Source: a virus (taxonomy: Duplodnaviria; Caudoviricetes). From it: 42,567 nt of DNA. The DNA is taken from positions 1 to 42,567 of the IMG/VR virus record IMGVR_UViG_3300025018_000250; one strand, given 5' to 3'. The notes beneath the pieces were generated by a model. The model had not been told where the DNA came from. It saw only the letters and a list, made by a program, of their open reading frames with translations, and ran no database searches. Positions within the stretch are counted from its first letter, which is position 1. Each line of letters opens with the position of its first letter. Both the position numbers and the translations under genes were made by a program. Positions 8,610-18,600 of this stretch are shown piece by piece.

Positions 8610-9292
8610 GGCTGGCGCTCGCCATCACCGGCTCTCTCGCGCAGCACCTGCGGGCGGAGGCGGAAGCAGGCGCAGTCGCCACGTCCCGCGTGATGGCGTC
8701 CGTCGCCGAGCGCGCCAAGCAGGATTTGCGCAGCCAGACCGTAGGCGCCGGGCTGGGCCAGCGGCTGGCGCGGGCGTGGCGCTCGGCGTCCTACCCCGCC
8801 GGCGGCGAGCCGAGCCTGTCGGCCGCCGCCGTGGTCTGGTCCAAGGCCCCTAAACTGCACGCCGCCTTCGCCGAGGGCGTCACGATCCGCTCCGCCGAGG
8901 GCTTCTTCCTCGCGATCCCCACCGACGCCGCGCGCGGGCGCTACCGCAACCGCGCGATCAGCCCCTCGAACTGGCCGGACCACCGATTCGGCAAGCTGCG
9001 CTTCGTCTACCGCCGCCAGGGCCCGTCGCTGCTGGTGGCCGACGGCCAGCGCCAGCGCGCCGGCAAGCGCGGCGGCTTCGGCAAGGCCGGCAAGCGCGCC
9101 ACCGTGAAGGGCGAGACCGCCACCGTGATCATGTTTGTCCTCGTCCCGCAGGTACGCCTGCGCAAGCGCCTCGACCTCGAAACGGTCGAGCGCCGCTGGG
9201 CCGACGCGATCCCCGGCATGATCCTGCGCGCGTGGGATGCGGAAGTCGCGCGCACCGCCGGCCAGGGCGCTCGACGGAGCATCGGGCGATGA
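8606..9292 (+). CDS. DUF6441-like neck/tail-completion protein
   Basis: 'AGLGQRLARAWRS..YP', 'G.FLAIPT', 'LRFVYRR.GPSLLVA', 'F.LVPQVRLRKRLD'. Confidence 0.75.
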   Translation: MRLALAITGSLAQHLRAEAEAGAVATSRVMASVAERAKQDLRSQTVGAGLGQRLARAWRSASYPAGGEPSLSAAAVVWSKAPKLHAAFAEGVTIRSAEGFFLAIPTDAARGRYRNRAISPSNWPDHRFGKLRFVYRRQGPSLLVADGQRQRAGKRGGFGKAGKRATVKGETATVIMFVLVPQVRLRKRLDLETVERRWADAIPGMILRAWDAEVARTAGQGARRSIGR

Positions 9293-9723
9293 CGCGTGAG
9301 GAATCGCTGGCGCAGGCGTTGCTCGCCGCGCTGGCGACCGTCTCCGGCCCGACGCTGCTGCGCGGCGGCGTGCTGCCCGAACTGATCGGCGCCGGCGGCA
9401 TCGTCAATATGGTCGACGGCGAGCCGATCGAGATCGAGGAACGGCTGGGCGGCGCGCGCGAAATGATGGTCGAGCACGATGTCGAGATCGGCGTCGCCAT
9501 CGCGAACGACGCCGCGCGCGCCGCCGCGCTCGATGCGCTGGCCGCCGCGCTGGCGTCGGCGGTTCTGGCCGACGCCGCGCTGATGGCGCTGGCCGATCAC
9601 GTCAGGGTTCACCCGCTGCGCAACATGGCCAACATCGGCCAGCAGGGGGCCGCCACGATCATCACCGCCACACTGCCGGTCGAGCTATTGTTCGAGACCG
9701 GCGTCAACCCTCTGGAGGCATAA
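9289..9723 (+). CDS. Putative tail terminator protein
   Basis: 'TREE..LLAAL..LRGGVLPE.I..GG...DGEP' family that precedes the tail tube in alphaproteobacterial siphophages. Confidence 0.65.
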   Translation: MTREESLAQALLAALATVSGPTLLRGGVLPELIGAGGIVNMVDGEPIEIEERLGGAREMMVEHDVEIGVAIANDAARAAALDALAAALASAVLADAALMALADHVRVHPLRNMANIGQQGAATIITATLPVELLFETGVNPLEA

Positions 9724-9726
9724 GCC

Positions 9727-10683
9727 ATGGCGATAGCCTATGGACGCGACCCGAGCGCCGCGCTGCTGATGCGCGGCCAAACCGCCTTCGGCACGCAGGC
9801 GACGGGCAACTTTGTCGAGCTGCCGGGCTACAGCTACACCGGCGGCTCGCGCCGTCCGGTCGAGGGCGAGACGCTGCTGGCGCAGGGTCGCAACCCAGGC
9901 GAGGCGCTGCTTGGCTTCGAGGCGTGGGATGGCGAGTGGGTCGCGCCGGTGCGCGCGCGCAGCATCGGCTGGCATCTGCGGCATCTGCTCGGCGCACCGG
10001 TCACCACCGGCGCCGGGCCTTACACGCATGTCTTCACGCCCGGCGCCATGACGCACGCCACCATCGGGCGCGGCGCCGGGGCGATCTATTTCGCCGACAT
10101 CGGCGTGACCTGGAACACGATGCGCCTGCAGCTGGCGCGCAGCAGCGAGACGCAGCGCGCCACCTTCGGCCTGATCGGCCAGCGCGAAATCAAGCTGGTC
10201 GCGTCGGTGGATGCGACGCCGGTAGTCACCGCCGCCGCCGACGATCTGCGATTTTTTGCTTACGACGCGGGGCTGACGCTGGGCGGCGCGACCGTTGCCG
10301 ATATCGTCGATCTCGACATGACGGTAAGCAATGGCCGCGCGCTGGACGAGCAGGCGATCAGCGGCGATCCGTGGCCTCTGGCGGTGCTGGAGGGCGATTT
10401 CGAGGTCACCGGCTCGGCGACGTTCCGGTTCGATGGCGCGGCGCGGTATGATGCGGCGCGCGCGGCGACCGAACTCAAGATGGTCGTCGCCTGGACGAAC
10501 GGCGCCAGCAGCCTTGAGATCGAGATCGACAAGGTGGTGTTTTCTGCCGACGCGCCGCGTCTGACCGGCGCGGGCGTGCTGCAGTTGTCGCTGCCGTGGC
10601 GCGCCACCCGGCCTGCGGTTGGGCAGCCGCCGCTGACCGCGACGCTTGTCAACGCGCTCGCCAGCTACGACGACCCGGCATGA
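9727..10683 (+). CDS. Major tail tube protein
   Basis: 318 aa; 'LLAQGRNP', 'IGWHLRHLLGAPVTTG', 'VTGSATFRF', 'TATLVN' resemble the Phage_tube_2-type family. Confidence 0.8.
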   Translation: MAIAYGRDPSAALLMRGQTAFGTQATGNFVELPGYSYTGGSRRPVEGETLLAQGRNPGEALLGFEAWDGEWVAPVRARSIGWHLRHLLGAPVTTGAGPYTHVFTPGAMTHATIGRGAGAIYFADIGVTWNTMRLQLARSSETQRATFGLIGQREIKLVASVDATPVVTAAADDLRFFAYDAGLTLGGATVADIVDLDMTVSNGRALDEQAISGDPWPLAVLEGDFEVTGSATFRFDGAARYDAARAATELKMVVAWTNGASSLEIEIDKVVFSADAPRLTGAGVLQLSLPWRATRPAVGQPPLTATLVNALASYDDPA

Positions 10684-11189
10684 CCGGCGGGATGATCCGG
10701 CTGGCGCCGCGTCTTGCGGCGCGCTCTGTCGAGATCGGCCAGGGGCTGCGGCTCGACCTCGACGCGGTGTCGCCCGCCGCTTGGCGAGCCTGTGTGCGCT
10801 GGGCGTCGCTGCGGCTGCTGGGCCGCGACGACGACATCGCCGTCCGCGTCGCGGTGATGTTCGACGCGGCATGGGTGCATTTCGTGGTCGGATGGTCTGC
10901 GGTGGACGACGCCGACGGCGCGCCGCTGCCGCCGACGCTGGCGATGCGCGACGCCCTGATTGCGCAGGCGCCACATCTGGACGCGCCGCTGCGCGCCGCG
11001 CTTGACGACCACCTCGCCGCAGCCGTGCTGGCGGAGCAGGAGGGAAACGTCTCGCCGCCCTCGCCAAGTGGCGCGCCGGGGGCGGCCGAAAGTTCTGCGC
11101 CGACTGCGCCGACGCCGCCCGACGCGGCAAACCCTGCTGCGCCCGGTTCGGCGGCGCCGAACCCTGCCCAGAAGACGACGACCCTGTGA
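10680..11189 (+). CDS. Tail assembly chaperone (gpG-like)
   Basis: 'VVGWSAVDDADGAPLPPT' motif; between tube and tape measure; ends with 'EGNVSPPSP' and a low-complexity tail. Confidence 0.8.
   Translation: MTGGMIRLAPRLAARSVEIGQGLRLDLDAVSPAAWRACVRWASLRLLGRDDDIAVRVAVMFDAAWVHFVVGWSAVDDADGAPLPPTLAMRDALIAQAPHLDAPLRAALDDHLAAAVLAEQEGNVSPPSPSGAPGAAESSAPTAPTPPDAANPAAPGSAAPNPAQKTTTL
11042..11048 (+). other. -1 ribosomal frameshift slippery site G-GGA-AAC
   Basis: X-XXY-YYZ heptamer in the correct phase; the -1 frame stays open to 11455. Confidence 0.85.
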
Positions 11190-11455
11190 CGACGCTGGAG
11201 GCGGCGCGCTTCGCCGCTGCCACGCTTGACTTCCCCGAGCCGTGGCGGTTCGGGCCGACGACGATGATCGCCGCGCCGATGGGCGCCGTGCCGCTCCCGC
11301 CGCAGCCGATCGGGCTGGACGTGGCGCGGCTGTCGGCGGTGGCGGCGGCGGCGGGCGTGCCGCCGCCGCTGGCGCATGACTGGGCGGCGATGATCGAGAT
11401 GGCGGCGCTGGCCGCATGGGCGGAAAGGACGGCGGAGCATGGCGACCAGGCGTGA
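11042..11455 (+). CDS. gpGT-like frameshift extension of the tail chaperone
   Basis: -1 frame reads GKRLAALAKWRAGGGRKFCADC...CC...CPEDDDPVTTLEAARF...; in frame with ORF 11186..11455. Confidence 0.75.
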   Translation, partial: GKRLAALAKWRAGGGRKFCADCADAARRGKPCCARFGGAEPCPEDDDPVTTLEAARFAAATLDFPEPWRFGPTTMIAAPMGAVPLPPQPIGLDVARLSAVAAAAGVPPPLAHDWAAMIEMAALAAWAERTAEHGDQA

Positions 11456-13403
11456 CGTCCGCATCCGCTATTCCGCCGAGGGCGGGCGCGAGGTTGAGGA
11501 CCAGGCGCGGCGCATCGGCGATGCGGGCGACCGGCATCTAAAGCGGGTCGCCGCCGCCACCGCCCCCGTCAACCGGGGCTTGCTGGCGATGGACGCGGCG
11601 GCGCGGCAGGCGCGCGGCGGGATGGAGAGCATGGCGGCCTCGCTTGGGCCGCTCGGCCGCGCCGCCGCCGCACTGGGGCCTGTCGGCCTGGCTGTTGGCG
11701 CCGTCGCGGGCGGGTTTCTGGCGCTGTCGCGCGCCAGCGCGGGCGCGGCGGCGGAGATCGCCGCCGTCGGCGACGCCGCCGACCGGCTGCAGATCGACCC
11801 GGGTTTGTTTGAGCGGCTGGGCGCCGCGCTGACCATCTCGGGTCAGAGCGACAAAGGGCTTGAGCCTGCGCTGCGGTCGCTGCAGAACCGTCTGGGCGAG
11901 GCGCAGAACGGCGCGAAAGAGGCGCAGCGGGTGTTCGCAACGCTCGGCGTCACGCTTGGCGGCGACCTGGCGACAACGGTCGAGCAGCTCGCCGACGGGT
12001 TCGCCAGGATCGAGGACCCGGCGCAGCGCGCGGCAGCGGCGCAGCGGGTGTTCGGCGAGCAGGGCGGCGCGCTGCTGTCGATCCTGGCGCAGGGCGGCGA
12101 CGGTTTTCGCGCGCTGAGCGCCGAGGCCGAGAAGCTGGGCCTACTCTATGGCGGCGATCTGATCCGCGAGAGCCAGCGCGTGACGGCGGAGTTCGCCACG
12201 CAGGACCGTCTGATCACGACGCGGCTCAATCAGGGCCTCGCCGGGTTCACCGGCCTGTGGCTTGGCCTGAAAAGCGCGCTGGCCGACGTGGCATTGAATC
12301 TCGCAGGGGTGCTGGACCGCTTTCGCGACATTGACAACAAGTCGTTGCGCTCGCTCAACGGCGAATTGTCGGAAACGGTTGAAAAGCTGCGCGCGACTCA
12401 AGACCTGCTGGCGACGCGCGCGGGGGCGGGCGATACCGGCAGCGCCCGATTCGCCGGGCTGCAATCGCAAGAGGCGGCGCTGACCGCGCGCATTCGCGAG
12501 ATCAACGATGAGATCGAGCGCCGCAACGCTGCCGCGTCGCCCTCGACCGTGTTCACCGATGCGGTGAACACGAGCGGCGGCAAAGCCGCTGCGGCGGGGC
12601 CAAAAGCCAAAAATGACGGCTTGTTCGACCGCCAGATCGCCGCCGCCGAGCGGCAACTTCAGGTGCTTGACCAGCAGGTCGCCACCCTGGGCATGGCCGA
12701 AAGCGCCGCCGCCGCCTATCGCGTGGAGCAGGAACTTCTCAGCGCCGCGCTGCAGGAATACGGGACCGTCACTGATAACGCCCGGTCAATTGCGCGGCTC
12801 TACGCCGACGATCTGCGGGCTACGGTGGACCGGCTCGACGCGATGACGCGCGCCCAGAAGGAGCAGGCCGAGGCGGCCAAGCGCGCCGAACGCGACACCG
12901 CCGATCTCGCCGACAGCTTCACGCGCTTCGGCCAGTCGCTCGCGACCGGCGGCGACACCTTGCGCGCGGTAATCGGCCTGCTTGGTGAGTTCGCGTCGCA
13001 GGCGCTCAGCGGCAATGGTCTGATCGGCGGAGCCGTCAACTCGGCGCTGGGTCAGGCAAGCGGCGGCCTCGTAGGTGGGCTGATCGGCGGACTGTTCGCG
13101 CCTGCGGGCGGCGCGCCCTCAACGTCGCCGCTGCCCCGCCCGCGGGCGGGCGCCGCCTTCGGCGCCGACTTCGTCGTGCCTGGCGCAGGCAGTTTCGACA
13201 GCCAATTGCTGCGGATGCCGGTGACGCCGGGCGAGCGGGTGACGGTGACGCCAGGCGGCGAGAGCAGCGGCTTTGACGAGCGCGCGATGGCGCGCGCGCT
13301 GGGCCGCGCCCAGCCGTCGCGCGGCCCGCGTTTCGAGTTGTCGCGCGCCTCGCTGGCGGCTGACCTGTCCGCCGTTCTCAACCGCGCGGGGCGGCTGGCG
13401 TGA
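11439..13403 (+). CDS. Tape measure protein (654 aa)
   Basis: Ala/Gly-rich helical protein with 'DPAQRAAAAQRVFGEQG' and C-terminal 'FVVPGAG..DS...VTPGERVTV'. Confidence 0.9.
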   Translation: MATRRDVRIRYSAEGGREVEDQARRIGDAGDRHLKRVAAATAPVNRGLLAMDAAARQARGGMESMAASLGPLGRAAAALGPVGLAVGAVAGGFLALSRASAGAAAEIAAVGDAADRLQIDPGLFERLGAALTISGQSDKGLEPALRSLQNRLGEAQNGAKEAQRVFATLGVTLGGDLATTVEQLADGFARIEDPAQRAAAAQRVFGEQGGALLSILAQGGDGFRALSAEAEKLGLLYGGDLIRESQRVTAEFATQDRLITTRLNQGLAGFTGLWLGLKSALADVALNLAGVLDRFRDIDNKSLRSLNGELSETVEKLRATQDLLATRAGAGDTGSARFAGLQSQEAALTARIREINDEIERRNAAASPSTVFTDAVNTSGGKAAAAGPKAKNDGLFDRQIAAAERQLQVLDQQVATLGMAESAAAAYRVEQELLSAALQEYGTVTDNARSIARLYADDLRATVDRLDAMTRAQKEQAEAAKRAERDTADLADSFTRFGQSLATGGDTLRAVIGLLGEFASQALSGNGLIGGAVNSALGQASGGLVGGLIGGLFAPAGGAPSTSPLPRPRAGAAFGADFVVPGAGSFDSQLLRMPVTPGERVTVTPGGESSGFDERAMARALGRAQPSRGPRFELSRASLAADLSAVLNRAGRLA

Positions 13404-14041
13404 CGGTGGTGCATGACGACGCGCGGTTCCCGCTGGCGCTGGGGCGGCCCAGCGCGGGCGGGGCAGAGTGGTCCACCGAGGTCGCGGAGGCCTCGGACGG
13501 CTACACCTGGCGCACCGGGCTGTGGTCGCGGCCTCTGATGCGCTGGGATGTCGGCGTCAGCCTGCGCACGGCGGAGGACCTGGCGCTGCTGCGCGCGTTT
13601 CACCGGCTGCGGCGCGGGCGGCTCTACGGCTTCAGAATCGCCGATCCGCTGGATTTTTCGACGGCAGGCTGGTCGCGACAGCAGCCGTTGCCCCCCGCCG
13701 CAACCGACCAGCCGCTGATCTCTGTGGGCGGCTCGGCGACGGTTTTCCAGTGCGTGATCCGCCATGCGCAGGGTGCCCATGTCCAGGATGAGCGGGTGAC
13801 GCGCCCGCGCGCCGACGGGTTTCTGGTGGCGCTCGATGGCGTCGCGCAGGCATCGGGGTGGACGCTCGATCCCGCCACGGGCCAAGTGACGTTCGCCGCC
13901 GCGCCGGGCGCCGCCGCGCCCAGCTGGGGCGGATTTCGCGACTTTCCCGCCGTATTCGCCGACGACCGGCTGGAAATCAGCCTATCGCGCTTCAACGCCG
14001 GAGAGGCTCCGCAGGTCATCATTGAGGAGGTGCGCGAATGA
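13400..14041 (+). CDS. Distal tail protein, DUF2460 (RcGTA g12-like)
   Basis: 'RFP', 'GGAEWSTEV', 'RRGRLYGFRIADPLDF', 'GQVTFAAAPG', 'EVR'. Confidence 0.9.
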   Translation: MTVVHDDARFPLALGRPSAGGAEWSTEVAEASDGYTWRTGLWSRPLMRWDVGVSLRTAEDLALLRAFHRLRRGRLYGFRIADPLDFSTAGWSRQQPLPPAATDQPLISVGGSATVFQCVIRHAQGAHVQDERVTRPRADGFLVALDGVAQASGWTLDPATGQVTFAAAPGAAAPSWGGFRDFPAVFADDRLEISLSRFNAGEAPQVIIEEVRE

Positions 14042-14241
14042 CGCCGCCCTATCCGATTTCGCCGTTTCCGTGGCTCGCCGCCTTTCCGGGCCGCTGGCTG
14101 CGCCGCGCCGCCGATCCTGTCGTGGCCTCTGGCGCTTGGCCGCCGTTCGCGGACACTGCGGCGGGCCATCGCGCCAGCGACGCCGACACGAGCGCGCGCA
14201 TCGTCGGGCTGACCGGCGGCATGGTCGCGGAGGTGCTGTGA
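14038..14241 (+). CDS. Small hypothetical protein (67 aa)
   Basis: ATGA/GTGA overlaps with both neighbours. Confidence 0.5.
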   Translation: MTPPYPISPFPWLAAFPGRWLRRAADPVVASGAWPPFADTAAGHRASDADTSARIVGLTGGMVAEVL

Positions 14242-15146
14242 CAGCGCCGGACCCGCGTTTGCAAGCGATGATCGCGTCCGGCTCGGCCACGCTGGCGCGC
14301 GCCTGGACGGTGACGCTGCGCGACGGACGACGCATCGGCTTCACCGATCACGATCGCGACCTCGTCGTTGACGGCGTGACTTGCCATGCAGCGACCGGCG
14401 CCGTCGGCTCCGCAGCGCGGCAGCGGCTGGGGTTGAGCGTCGATCGCATGGATCTGCGCGGCGCCATCGACGGCGCGCAGGTCAGCGACGCCGAGGTCGC
14501 CGCCGGGTTGTGGCGCGGCGCTGCCGTCGATGTGTGGCTGGTGGACTGGCGGCACGCGGACGCCGACCCGGATGCCGCCGATCCGTGGCGCATGGACCGC
14601 GCGCTGATCGGCGAAGTCAAGCGGCGCGGCAAGGCGTGGGTGATGGAGCTGAGCCAGCGCACTGCGCTGCTCAACCAGCGCAAGGGCGACGTGATCTCGA
14701 CCGGCTGCCCGCTGGTGCTCGGCAGCGCGGCGTGCGGCGTCGATCTGACCGCGCCAGCGTTCCGGAGCGCCGTCACCGTGACCGCCGTGCGCGACCGCCG
14801 CCGCCTCGCGGTCGCAGGGCTGGAGGCGCGCCCCGACACCTGGGCCGCGCGCGGCGTGATCACCTTCGACGCGGGCGCTGGCGGCGGCGCCAACGCGGGG
14901 CGCGCCCTTGACATCGTGCGCCACCAGGGCGGCGAGATCGCGCTGGCCGATCCGGCGCCGTTCGCGGTCGCGCCCGGCGACGCGGGCGTTGTCACGGCGG
15001 GCTGCGATCATACCCCGGCGCATTGCCGGGAAAAATTCAACAACGGTGAGAACTTCGGTGGCGACCCGTTCGCGGTGACCGAAGGCGAGTTTCTCGCCCT
15101 GCCAGACGACAAGGCGCAGCTTGACGGCGGGAGCCTGCGGCGATGA
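14238..15146 (+). CDS. Baseplate hub protein, DUF2163 (RcGTA g13-like)
   Basis: 'GFTDHDRDL', 'GLSVD', 'C.L.LGSAACGVDL', 'AGCDHT..CREKFNNGENFGGDP'. Confidence 0.92.
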   Translation: MTAPDPRLQAMIASGSATLARAWTVTLRDGRRIGFTDHDRDLVVDGVTCHAATGAVGSAARQRLGLSVDRMDLRGAIDGAQVSDAEVAAGLWRGAAVDVWLVDWRHADADPDAADPWRMDRALIGEVKRRGKAWVMELSQRTALLNQRKGDVISTGCPLVLGSAACGVDLTAPAFRSAVTVTAVRDRRRLAVAGLEARPDTWAARGVITFDAGAGGGANAGRALDIVRHQGGEIALADPAPFAVAPGDAGVVTAGCDHTPAHCREKFNNGENFGGDPFAVTEGEFLALPDDKAQLDGGSLRR

Positions 15147-15601
15147 CGGTGGCGCGCGACGCAGCCCGTCTCGCCGCGCTGACCGAGGCGCGGCGTTGGC
15201 TCGGCACGCCATATGTCCATCAGGCGAGCGCCATCGGCGCGGGCGCCGATTGTCTGGGCGTGTTGCGCGGCGTCTGGCGCGCGCTGTATGGGCCGGAGCC
15301 GGAGCGTGCGCCGGACTATCGCGCCGACTGGGCCGAGATGCAGGGCGGCGAGCATCTGCTGGCGGCGCTGGCGCGCTGGCTCGATCCGCTGCCGGTTGCG
15401 GCGGCCCAGGCCGGCGACGTGCTGCTATGGCGGATGCGGCGCGCAGGCCCGGCCAAACACGCGGCGATCATCAGCGCGAATTTCCCGGCGATGCGGGTGA
15501 TCCATGCCTATTCCGGGCACGCCGTGGTCGAGACGGCGCCGCCGCCAACTCCCCCGGTCGCAGCCTTCGGCTGGCCGCCCCTGCCGGACGGGGCCGCCTG
15601 A
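15143..15601 (+). CDS. NlpC/P60 family tail-associated peptidase (RcGTA g14-like)
   Basis: 'EARRWLGTPYVHQAS..GAGADCLGVLRGVWR', 'AKHAAI', 'IHAYSG'. Confidence 0.93.
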   Translation: MTVARDAARLAALTEARRWLGTPYVHQASAIGAGADCLGVLRGVWRALYGPEPERAPDYRADWAEMQGGEHLLAALARWLDPLPVAAAQAGDVLLWRMRRAGPAKHAAIISANFPAMRVIHAYSGHAVVETAPPPTPPVAAFGWPPLPDGAA

Positions 15602-18600
15602 TGGGAACGGCGATCCTGGGCAGCGCGGGCGCGGCGCTGGGCGCGGCGGCTGGAACGGCCATTGGCGGGCCGATATTCGGCGCCATCATCGGGCAGGCCA
15701 TCGGCGGCGCAGCGGGCGCTTTTGTCGGCTCAAAGATCGACCAAGCGCTGTTCGGACCCGGAGACCAGCGCCGCAGCGGCGTCGAGCTGCGCCAGGCGCA
15801 AAGCCTCAGCAGCGCCGAGGGGACGCCGATTCCGGAGATCTGGGGCGCCATGCGGCTTATGGGCCGCCCGATCTGGGCGAGCCAATACACACGCCGCAGC
15901 AGCACGACCACGCAGCGGCAAGGCGGATCGGGCGGCGGTCCTAAGGTGACCACCGAGAACAACACGTTCTCGCGCTCATGGGCGCTCAGCCTGTGTCGCG
16001 GGCCGATTGACGGCATTGGCCGCGTCTGGGTCAACGGCGTCGTGACCGACATCGCAGAGTGGAATGTGCGGCTGCATCGCGGGACGGCGGATCAGGCGCC
16101 AGACCCGCTTATCGTGGCGATTGAGGGCTGGGCGCCTGCGCGGCGCGGGCGGGCCTACCTGGTGATTGAGGACCTTGATTTGACCGAGTGGGGCAACCGC
16201 TCTCCGGCGATCGAGGTCGAGGTGTTCCGCACGCTGGCGCCGGCGCGATCGGCCGAGGCGCTGACGCGCGCGGTCAACATCATCCCCAGCGCGGGCGAGT
16301 TCGTGTATGAGCCGGCGCCGGTGACCGACGTCAGCGCGGCTGGCGCGGCGCGGGCGCTCAACCGTCTGGGGATGCGCGGCGACAGCGACTGGGCGGTGTC
16401 GATAGACCGGCTGCAGCAGGTCGCGCCGAACCTGAGCGGCGCCTCGCTGACGGTGGCGTGGTTTGGCGACGATCTGCGCGCTGGCGCCTGCACGCTGCGC
16501 CCCAAGGTGGACAACTTCGACAAGGTGACGCAGCCCTATGCGTGGCAGGCTGGCGGCCTGACGCGCGCGACGGCGACGCGCGTGAGCCTGATCGACGACC
16601 GGCCAGCCTATGGCGGCACCCCGGCGGACCGCAGCGTGGTGGCGGCGCTGCGCGACCTGAAGGCGCGCGGTCTGGCGCCGATGCTGTTCCCGTTCATCCT
16701 GATGGACATCGCGCCGGGGTCCGGCCTGCCAGACCCATACGGTGCGCCAGAGCAGCCCGCCTTTCCCTGGCGTGGACGCATCACCTCGGCTGCTGACCGC
16801 ACGGCTGGAGTCGCGGCTGACATCGCGGCATTTTTCGGCGCGGCGACGGCTGCGGATTTCGCGATCCAGCCTGACGACACCATCAGCTATTCCGGGCCGT
16901 CGGACGACTGGGGCTATCGGCGCTTCATCCTGCATCACGCGATGTTGGCAAAGGCGGCGGGCGGCGTGGATACCATGCTGATCGGCTCGGAGATGCGCGG
17001 GCTGACCTGGCTGCGCGACGCCACCGGAGCCTATCCGGCGGTGACCGCGCTGATCGCGCTGCTGCAGGATGTCGCGGCAATCGGTGGCGTCGCTGACTAC
17101 CTGGGCTACGGTGCCGACTGGTCCGAGGCGTCGGCGCATCAGCACCCCGAGACGCCCGGCGCGCTGGCGTTCCACCTCGACCCGCTGATCGCTCACCCGT
17201 CCTGCGCGTTCTTCGGCATCTCGAACTACATGCCGCTGACCGATGAGCGTGAAGGTGAAGATCACCTCGACGCGCCGCTGCGCTGGGGCATCTACGACAA
17301 GGCGTTCATCGCCTCGCGCATCCGCAGCGGCGAGGGGTTCGACTGGTTCTACGCCAGCGACGCCGACCGCGCAGCGCAAATCCGCACGCCGATCACCGAC
17401 GGCGCATATGGCGAGCCGTGGGTGTATCGGATAAAGGATTTGTGGAGCTGGTGGAGCAACGCGCATCATAATCGGCCCGGCGGCGTGCGCGCGGCCACGG
17501 CGACGGCGTGGGTTCCGCAGTCTAAGCCGATCCGGTTCATTGAGCTCGGCGTTCCAGCGCTCGACAAGGGCGCCAACCAACCCAACGTGTTCTTCGACCC
17601 GAAATCCTCTGAGAGTTTTTTTCCGTATTTCTCGACCGGCGCGCGCGACGACGCCATCCTGCGCGCGGCGTTGGAGGCGGTGCTGGCGTTCTGGGAGGAC
17701 CCGGCCCAAAACCCGGCGTCAGGCGTCTATGCCGGGCGGATGGTCGATACGGCGCGCACCCATCTGTGGGCCTGGGATGCGCGCCCGTGGCCGGAGTTTC
17801 CGGCGCTGGAAGATGTCTGGTCGGATGGCGGGAATTACCGGCTGGGCCACTGGATCAACGGTCGGCTCGGCAAGCCGACGTTGGCGATGATCGTCGCTGA
17901 GGTCGCGGCGGCGCGCGGCATGACCGTCGATGTCGAGCGCCTTATCGGCATGGTCGATGGCGTCCAGCGCGACGGCGTAATGAGCGACCGCGATTTTCTG
18001 GCGCCGCTGCTGGAACTGTATCAGGCGGATATTTTCGACCGCGGCGACGCGCTGTGGGCGGGATCGCGCGCGTTTGCGCCGCAGATCGACATCGCTGAAT
18101 CTTCCCTGATCGCGCCTGCGCGCGGCGAGCCGCCGATCGAGACCTCTGACGCCGACGACCTCGACGCGCCCCGCCGCCTGCGCATCCAGCACTATGCCGC
18201 AGGGTCGGACTATCGCCAGACCCTCACCCATGCGCCGGGCTGGACCGGGGCGGGCGGCGACTCGGTGGTCGATGTCGGCGCTGACGTGGTGATGTCCACT
18301 GAGGAAGCGCAGGCGCGCGCTGGCGCCCTTCTTTCGGAGCGGCGCGTCACCCGCGTCGCCGACCGGTTTTCCGCGCCGCCGACGTTGCTGACGCTGCGTC
18401 CGGGTGTGGTGGCGCGGATCACCGGCGCCGCAGGCCTCAGCAGCCTGGGTGTAATCGACTGCCGCGCATTGAGCGTGGGCTGGGAATGGGCGCGCCCGGT
18501 CGAAGCGGAGCGCTGGGACCGCGCCGTGTATGCTGTTGGCGGTGGCATGACCGATGGCCGCTCGGCGCGCCTCCCGGCGCCGCCGCCCGTTGCGGCGCCG

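Noticed and set aside
15121-15600. ORF-track N-terminal extensions (megatron from 15121, portal from 3198, fibre from 20273, cI from 39456)
   Set aside because: They overlap upstream genes or operators; coupled starts at 15601, 3552, 20531 and 39288 fit better.
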